DNA of 64,000 nucleotides from Tubiluchus corallicola (lineage: Eukaryota; Animalia; Priapulida). The stretch covers positions 62,001-126,000 of the forward strand of contig JAQGDQ010000340.1 of assembly GCA_030141605.1 (NCBI GenBank), given 5' to 3'. The translations under genes and the position numbers were made by a program. Numbering within the stretch: position 1 is the stretch's first letter; every line of letters begins with the position of its first letter. Below, piece after piece: positions 56,991-64,000 of the stretch. Under the pieces are notes generated by a model. It was given only the letters and a program-made list of their open reading frames with translations, was not told the DNA's origin and did not search any database.

Positions 56991-57877
56991 AGGCCAAAGG
57001 CAATTTTTCAAAAACAATATTATAATAAAATTATGATAATGAACAGTTTGGTATGTTGCTATCACAGGAGTGATGTTAAATGAAAAAACAAATAAATAAC
57101 TGTGCAGATAAGAAACCTGTTAAAAAGGTCGATTCCTAATTTTGTTAATCTTGATATTAACATTAACTAGTATAGCTAGCAAATGAAAAGATAGCACCCG
57201 ATTTGCAAAAAAATTGAACAAAAGGGCAATACGAAATAAACACGTGTATTAGAAAGTCAAAGATTTAAATTGAGATTCAGAATAATATAAGTTTTGCACA
57301 AAACATAATCAGAGAATAATGCAGTAAATAGTATAAGCAAACATGGAAAATTTTTGTTTACTTATTGTATTTAAATGAAATGGATGTATAGCTCAATGGT
57401 AGCTAGCTCGTATCTAACCCGGAAGGTGGAGGGACCAGCTCCAGACCGAGTAGTACCACTGCTTCTTTGCACAGACGTCATGTCTAAAACCAAGTTAACT
57501 GAGCAACTAGGACAACTTGAATAACTAAGTATGTGTTGAAGGTTTATATTTGTATTTCATACATATAATTTTGCATAAAGGCTACTGTGTGAAGCCTATA
57601 AAATAATCAAATATAATGTAGTCACTGCGTAGTGAGAGCAGTTTTTCATAAAAGCGTGTATCAAACACTTACAATTCTGAAGGAGTTGAATGACCAATGG
57701 GACTGAAAAGCTCAAAATAAAGAATGAAGATTTTGTATTTACTACATGGTGCACATCTTGTTACCTAAGAAACCAACCTGTAAAATTTCAGCTTTGTAAC
57801 TTTAGCATTCGAGCTAAACACTGGACACAGATACACAGATACACTCATATGCATCCATGCACACACACACACACACG

Positions 57878-58066
57878 CACTGGCTTCTTTGAATGGCTTG
57901 TCACTGGCTTCTTTGAATGGCTTGTCACTGGCTTCTTTGAATGGCTTATCACTGGCTTCTTTGAATGGCTTATCACTGGCTTCTTTGAATGGCTTATCAC
58001 CGGCTTCTTTAAATGGCTTGTCACCGGCTTATTGAAAAGACTTGTCACTGGCTTCTTTGAGTGGCT
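57878..58066. repeat. 24-bp tandem repeat x8
   Basis: cactggcttctttgaatggctt(g/a)t. Confidence 0.93.
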
Positions 58067-58827
58067 CCAAAAATCGGCTAATCTTGTTTCAGGCATGTGG
58101 GGGGCGGATTTTAACATATTTGACATAACTATCATTTTTTCAGTCGGGAATGTTTACTTCTGGAAAGTCTGCGTTAAAAATATGCCAAGGTATTGAAACA
58201 GGAAGTTAGTTTTCTGCAGCATTGGAGGGCACTAATAATGTTTGCTCTGCCCCTGGTCAGTGGTCAGAGAGAAAAAATGAGATTGGTCGGCATAGAAGAA
58301 TTAGTGATTGGTTTGCTAAGCTGCTCAATTAGTTACTTTTCAAAGGTTTCATCTTTTTTGCATCCACAGGAAAACTGCAAGTGACCAGAACTTTGTTTAC
58401 TAGTTTCCAATTGTCAGCTATTTTGTATCAAATTCCGACTAGTACACCATCTTGTATCAGTTTCTCCACATGATAGTTGTACAGAGGCCATTTTCAGCGT
58501 CCTTTGCACAGAGGCATGGCAAAGGCAGGGGGCAATGATCCCCGAAAGCAAAATTTTCGGGCAGCTACTCTTAGAAATATAATACGCTTAGAAATCTGCT
58601 GACGCAATGCCATTGTTGTGACGTCATCCATTGTACTCTGTCTATAAGCTTATAGCTTTAATTCAGCAAAAAGCTGCTACAGGCAAAGTAAACAAACAGT
58701 AGGCAGGATATTACGGGTTTTGTCTTATAAATGAGGACTGTGTAGGATGTTCGCGTGTTATTGATTATACGTGTGTTTATACGCAAAATTTTTTGCGGGG
58801 CCTTTGCTAGTATTAATTAATATTCTT

Positions 58828-58864
<37 letters not shown>

Positions 58865-59543
58865 TATATATATATATATATAAGATTCGAGGCTACAGCT
58901 TCGACAAGGCCACCATCTGCGGAGATCTATACATCAAACGAAAGGTCTCGATCTAGTGTCGTCTCATTGATGGTTTATTTTTCGAATCGGGCCCACCGGG
59001 AGGAAGGGGGGTAAACCTCAAAAAATGGCCATTTTTCGGCCGTTTTTTGCAAAAGTTATACGGCTGAGATGTAGAGAACGGGAATGGGCCGAGGGTGGTG
59101 CTGGCTATGGATAGATAGCCCGTTCAGCGGTGGGTGTAGTAGGCATATTTAGAATTCCCGAGAGGGCCACGGCGCCCCGCAACTGGCGTTTTTCCGGAGC
59201 CAACTCGCGATTTTTTCGAAATTTTGACCAAACAGCATGCGGGAAAAACGTTCTAGCGGCGCCCGGCGGGTCTCTCGGAAGGAGTTATACGGTTCATCAG
59301 AAAGAGGAAGGACAGAGCTACACGATGATGTGGGCTATATTTTAGGGCAGGTCCCCCAAGAGGAGTATCAACGAGTTAATTACATGTTCTATTTTCCGCA
59401 AATTTCGACAATTTTCGCTTAGAAAACTGTGCTGACCGCATTCCATTGTGCTGACGTCATCCATTGTACTCTGTCTATAACTTTAATTCAGCAGAAAGCT
59501 GCTTTGCGTTAGTTAAACATACAGTAGGAAGGAGTAAACGCTA

Positions 59544-59644
<101 letters not shown>

Positions 59645-60331
59645 CTTAAATGCATCATACGGAACGTTGTGGGTAATGGTATGATATTCTACAGTGAAAT
59701 GAGTAATCTTCATTCTCATATCTTTAGGTTACCGAAGAAGTGGTCATTACTAAAGCACTTCGCTAGGGCCTATACTGCGCCGTCTGTCGGCAAATGGCAA
59801 ATATAATAACGATGGACTGATAGATGAAATTTATTTTCGTTTCTTCTATAAAACATTCAAGTACACATAATAGAACTGCAGGAAATAGGAGCACAACTTT
59901 GAGCCATAAGAGACCAAAATTTCAATTGTAATTAAAATAAGACAATAAAAGAAAAAAGTGACATCGTACGAGAGGAGAGGAGATGAGGGTCAAAAATAAA
60001 TGGCATTTAGCCATTCCACCGTAACAATATGTAGCTTTAAAACAGCAAACAGAAACATTAAAACAGCAAACAGAAAATCTAAAAAGTAGAACAAAGCCAG
60101 TTATTCAGAAAAAACTAAACATGCCAATTATTATTCAATCACATACCCAATTTTACACATTGGTGTTTCTGTACAGATATATTCGCAATATTAGTGTATC
60201 GTTCAAAAAGAGTAGAATTTCTATGCTACAGATAAAAAACACTAGCCCTATGAACATAAAACAAGTGTCAACAAATATCAACTACGGCCAACAAAGTATA
60301 ATTAAAACCGCCATAACCATAAGCTTGTTAC

Positions 60332-60389
<58 letters not shown>

Positions 60390-60444
60390 TAATTTATTTC
60401 AGACATTTACAGTCTATAGAACAAGAAAAACAATAAATGCTCAA

Positions 60445-61182
60445 TGTAAAAATTGTATCAGTATTGTACAGCAAGTTATTAATAACAGTATTCTGACTCA
60501 AAACAGCCTACTTCTGAGACTAAACGCAGCTTTCCTAAGTGTGCAGGAAAAACTTGGTACATTGTATCTAAAAATTGGATTAGTATTGTACAGCAAGTTA
60601 TTAATAACAGTATTCTGACTCAAAAACAGCCTACTTCTGAGACTAAACGCAGCTTTCCTACGTATACAGTAAAAACTTGGTACATTGTATCTAAAAATTG
60701 TATCAGTATTGTACAGCAAGTTATTAATAACACAATTCTGACTCAAAAAGAGCCTATTCTGAGACTAAACACAGCTTTCCTACGTATGCAGGAAAAACTT
60801 GGTACATTGTATCTAAAAATTGTATCAGTATTGTACAGCAAGTTATTAATAACAGCATTCTGACTCAAAACAGCCTACTTCTGAGACTAAACACAGCTTT
60901 CCTACGTATGCAGGAAAAACTTGGTACATTGTATCTAAAAATTGTATCAGTATTGTACAGCAAGTTATTAATAACAGTATTCTGACTCAAAAACAGCCTT
61001 CTTCTGAGACTAAACACAGCTTTCCTACGTATGCAAGAAAAACTTGGTACATTGTAGCTAAAATTGTACCAGTATTGCACAGCAAGTTATTAATAACAGT
61101 ATTCTGACTCAAAAACAGCCTTCTTCTGAGACTAAACACAGCTTTCCTACGTATGCAGGTAAAACCTGGTACATTGTAGCTA
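60445..61182. repeat. ~122-bp tandem repeat x6
   Basis: gtattgtacagcaagttattaataacag...aaaaacttggtacattgta recurs. Confidence 0.93.
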
Positions 61183-61403
61183 ACGTACATTTGACTTGCA
61201 CTACAGCGACTAGCAAGCTCTAATGACATTATTATAGATAATACGCATTCTTTCAATATATTCTTTATCGTGGTTAAACCAGAGACTATTGCAATAAAAC
61301 TGCGTACAAAATGCTACAAAAATTGTCAGCAGAACAGTTTTTGAACCTCGTAATAATACAAATGGCTCTCGCGCTTGATAAACCGTTGATGTTTAATATC
61401 AAG

Positions 61404-62015
61404 ATCACTCTGCTCTACAACAGTAACGTGAATCAGGCTAGACTCTCCATCCATTATTGACTCTAGTTCACTCTGCTCTACAACAGTAACGTGAATCAGT
61501 CTAGACTCTCCATCCATTATTGACTCTAGTTCACTCTGCTCTACAACAGTAACGTGAATCAGTCTAGACTCTCCATCCGTTATTGACTCTAGTTCACTCT
61601 GCTCTACAACAGTTATGCGAATCAGTCTAGATTCTACATCCATTATTGACTCTAGTTCACTCTACTCTACAATAGTAATGTGAATCAGTCTAGACTCTCC
61701 ATCCATTATTGACTCTAGTTCACTCTACTGTACAATAGTAACGTGAATCAGTCTAGACTCTCCATCCATTATTGACTCTAGTTCACTCTACTCTACAACA
61801 GTAACGTGAATCAGTCTAGACTCTCCATCCATTATTGACTCTAGTTCACTCTACTCTACAACAGTAACGTGAATCAGTCTAGACTCTCCATCCATTATTG
61901 ACTCTAGTTCACTCTGCTGTACAACAGTAACGTGAATCAGTCTAGACTCTCCATCCATTATTGACTCTAGTTCACTCTGCTCTACAACAGTTATGCGAAT
62001 CAGTCTAGACTCTAC
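61404..62015. repeat. 63-bp tandem repeat, about 10 copies
   Basis: cactct(g/a)ctctacaacagtaacgtgaatcagtctagactctccatccattattgactctagtt. Confidence 0.95.
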
Positions 62016-63539
62016 ATCACTTGTTGGGCTCGCCCGTCGTTAAGATTTTAATCTATTGTTTAATTATCAGAAGCGCGTTTACAGTATTAATGGTGCTAAA
62101 ATGTATACTTTTTGCCGTACTTGGAATGGGGTAATATATAAAAAATCATCCTGTCTTCCTTTAAACGATTTTATTTGGTCCAGCAATTACCATCTTACAC
62201 CTATAAGCACCATTTACTGAGACGTTTTGCTCTTTAAAAGGGAAAACGCGTTATTGACATTGTTTTATTAGCACATAAATTAACCTTATTTAAAACTACG
62301 GCAGACTGTTAATTGGGACTTATAATTGTTTTCTGTGAATGTAGGTAAAATGAAACAGCAGTAAATAAAAGTTATTTAAAGGACAAGTAAACACTCTTTG
62401 TAAAGTAAGCTTAAAAATCGTCTTAAACTTTTGCACCATTTACGTGCTTTCTTATTGCATACAGAGCTTGCGTTAGCGGCACAAATACTTTAAATTATTA
62501 AGTTTTTCCAATTACACGAGTCTTTCAAACATGCTAGCATAATGACAAGTAATATGACTTTGTGTGGAAAAGTTTTCTGATAATTATTTTAAAATTCCGT
62601 TTTCGTTAAGGCCTTGGCACACTTTAAACACGGTTCACACGAATAGCGTTCTCTTGCTCCAAAACCGTTATTCCAATATTGAACCATTTGATGTTCAGTG
62701 TTCAGGGAAAGTAGGGCTATGAACACTAGCTAAAAACACAGTCAGAACGTTCAGTATTCTGGGAAAGAAAGTTATTGTTTGTGAGAGGCAAAGAGGTAAA
62801 GTTAACAATAAATAAGAGTTATTTAAAGGACAAGAAACACTTTTCATACATAAAGCTAAAAATCGTTTTAAAATTTTGCATCACTTTCGTGCTATCTTAT
62901 TGCATACAAAGCTTGCGTCGATGTTGGCACAAACTCTTTAAAAATTCCTTGCTAAGATTTTTTTCAATTACAAAAGTCTTTCAAGCATGTAAGCTTAATG
63001 TTAAAAATATAAATTTGTATGGAAAGTTTTGGGAGGGGGGAAATTACTTTAAAATTCTGTTATCTTTAAATGAAGTTAAAGTGAATATCGTCACGCCTTG
63101 GCACACTTTGAACAAGATTCACACGAATCGCATTCTGTTGTCTTAACACCGTTATTCCAAAAATGGATCATTTGAGGATTGTACAGGTGACGCTGCTCTG
63201 TGTGAAGTGTTTCCAGAATCTTCCAGCCTAGAAAATCACAACAAGGTATTTGTAGTAAATCGCATTCAACTAAGCCAAGGTTCATTAATCACTTAACTGC
63301 ACACTCACTAAACTGACCTGGACAATTGATGCTATGTCTGCTGTAATAGCTTGCGGCTGACCAATGTCCAGTACGTCTACACTCTACAGGTACCAAAACC
63401 GCTTTAACTGTCTCTTTATCACTTCAGAACCTTAACTTCAGGCCCCAATGTTAAATTACAGTGACATGTATGACTTCTGCAGTAAGCCAAGATTGGTATT
63501 CTACACTGGAAATCCATGCACAAGATTGACAATGAAAAA

Positions 63540-63795
63540 ACTGAACTACACTACTCAAGAGTGACACGGGGCAAATGAACTATACTACTTAACACTGACA
63601 CGCACACAGCAGAACTATTCTACCCAAGAGTGACACGCACATAATTGACCTATACTACTCAAGAGTGACGCTGAGTGAATTGAACTATACTACTCAAGAG
63701 TGACAGAGAGAGAATTAAACTATACTACTCAAGAGTGAAACGAACACAGCTGAACTCGAGAGTGCTACAGAGCAGACTGAACTATACTACTCCTA
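63540..63795. repeat. Degenerate short tandem repeat
   Basis: gaactatactactcaagagtgaca recurs about 7 times with variable linkers. Confidence 0.7.
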
Positions 63796-64000
63796 GGTGG
63801 CTACCAATCAAAACTGGTAAACCTAAAAACAATAAATGTATCATGTACACGTGGCCACATTGCGGCATTGTGATTGTACTGATTTGTACGATAACAAAAG
63901 TTAAGAGTGGTACTGACCTGAGTAGTGGTTAGATGGTTGAACTGCAAAATGTGGTGTTTTGCCATTACAGTTAGAGCAGCACGACACTCGCTCATTTTTT

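Noticed and set aside
63187-63245. Plus-strand mini-exon with an LCEV motif
   Set aside because: Too short, abuts repeat sequence and no frame-compatible partner exon found
63540-63795. Repeat with variable linkers as CRISPR-like
   Set aside because: Linkers are short and related to each other; a decayed tandem repeat

Overview
AT-rich, intron-rich metazoan (invertebrate-like) genomic DNA, densely filled with non-autonomous transposons, mini/microsatellites and one assembly gap. Left third: the first 13 coding exons of VPS33B on the minus strand (ATG at 20070, gene runs off the left edge; all junctions GT-AG and in frame). Centre (about 24.3-37.3 kb, minus strand) is the most interesting part: a large exon encoding about 8 ankyrin repeats fused to an apparently catalytically intact cGAS-like/Mab-21 nucleotidyltransferase (cGLR), a duplicated exon of about 15 ankyrin repeats whose enzyme half is replaced by a Gypsy-integrase-like fragment, and a set of small exons that are all frame-compatible with these modules. 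Together they suggest a modular, possibly alternatively spliced innate-immune receptor with a fast-evolving ankyrin sensor array, sitting inside an intron of a small helical-protein gene. Right part: a decayed Gypsy LTR retrotransposon (39.8-44.3 kb), a 4-exon secreted Cys-rich discoidin-like gene (50.4-55.5 kb) and many tandem repeats. All exon models were read by eye; there is no transcript evidence.
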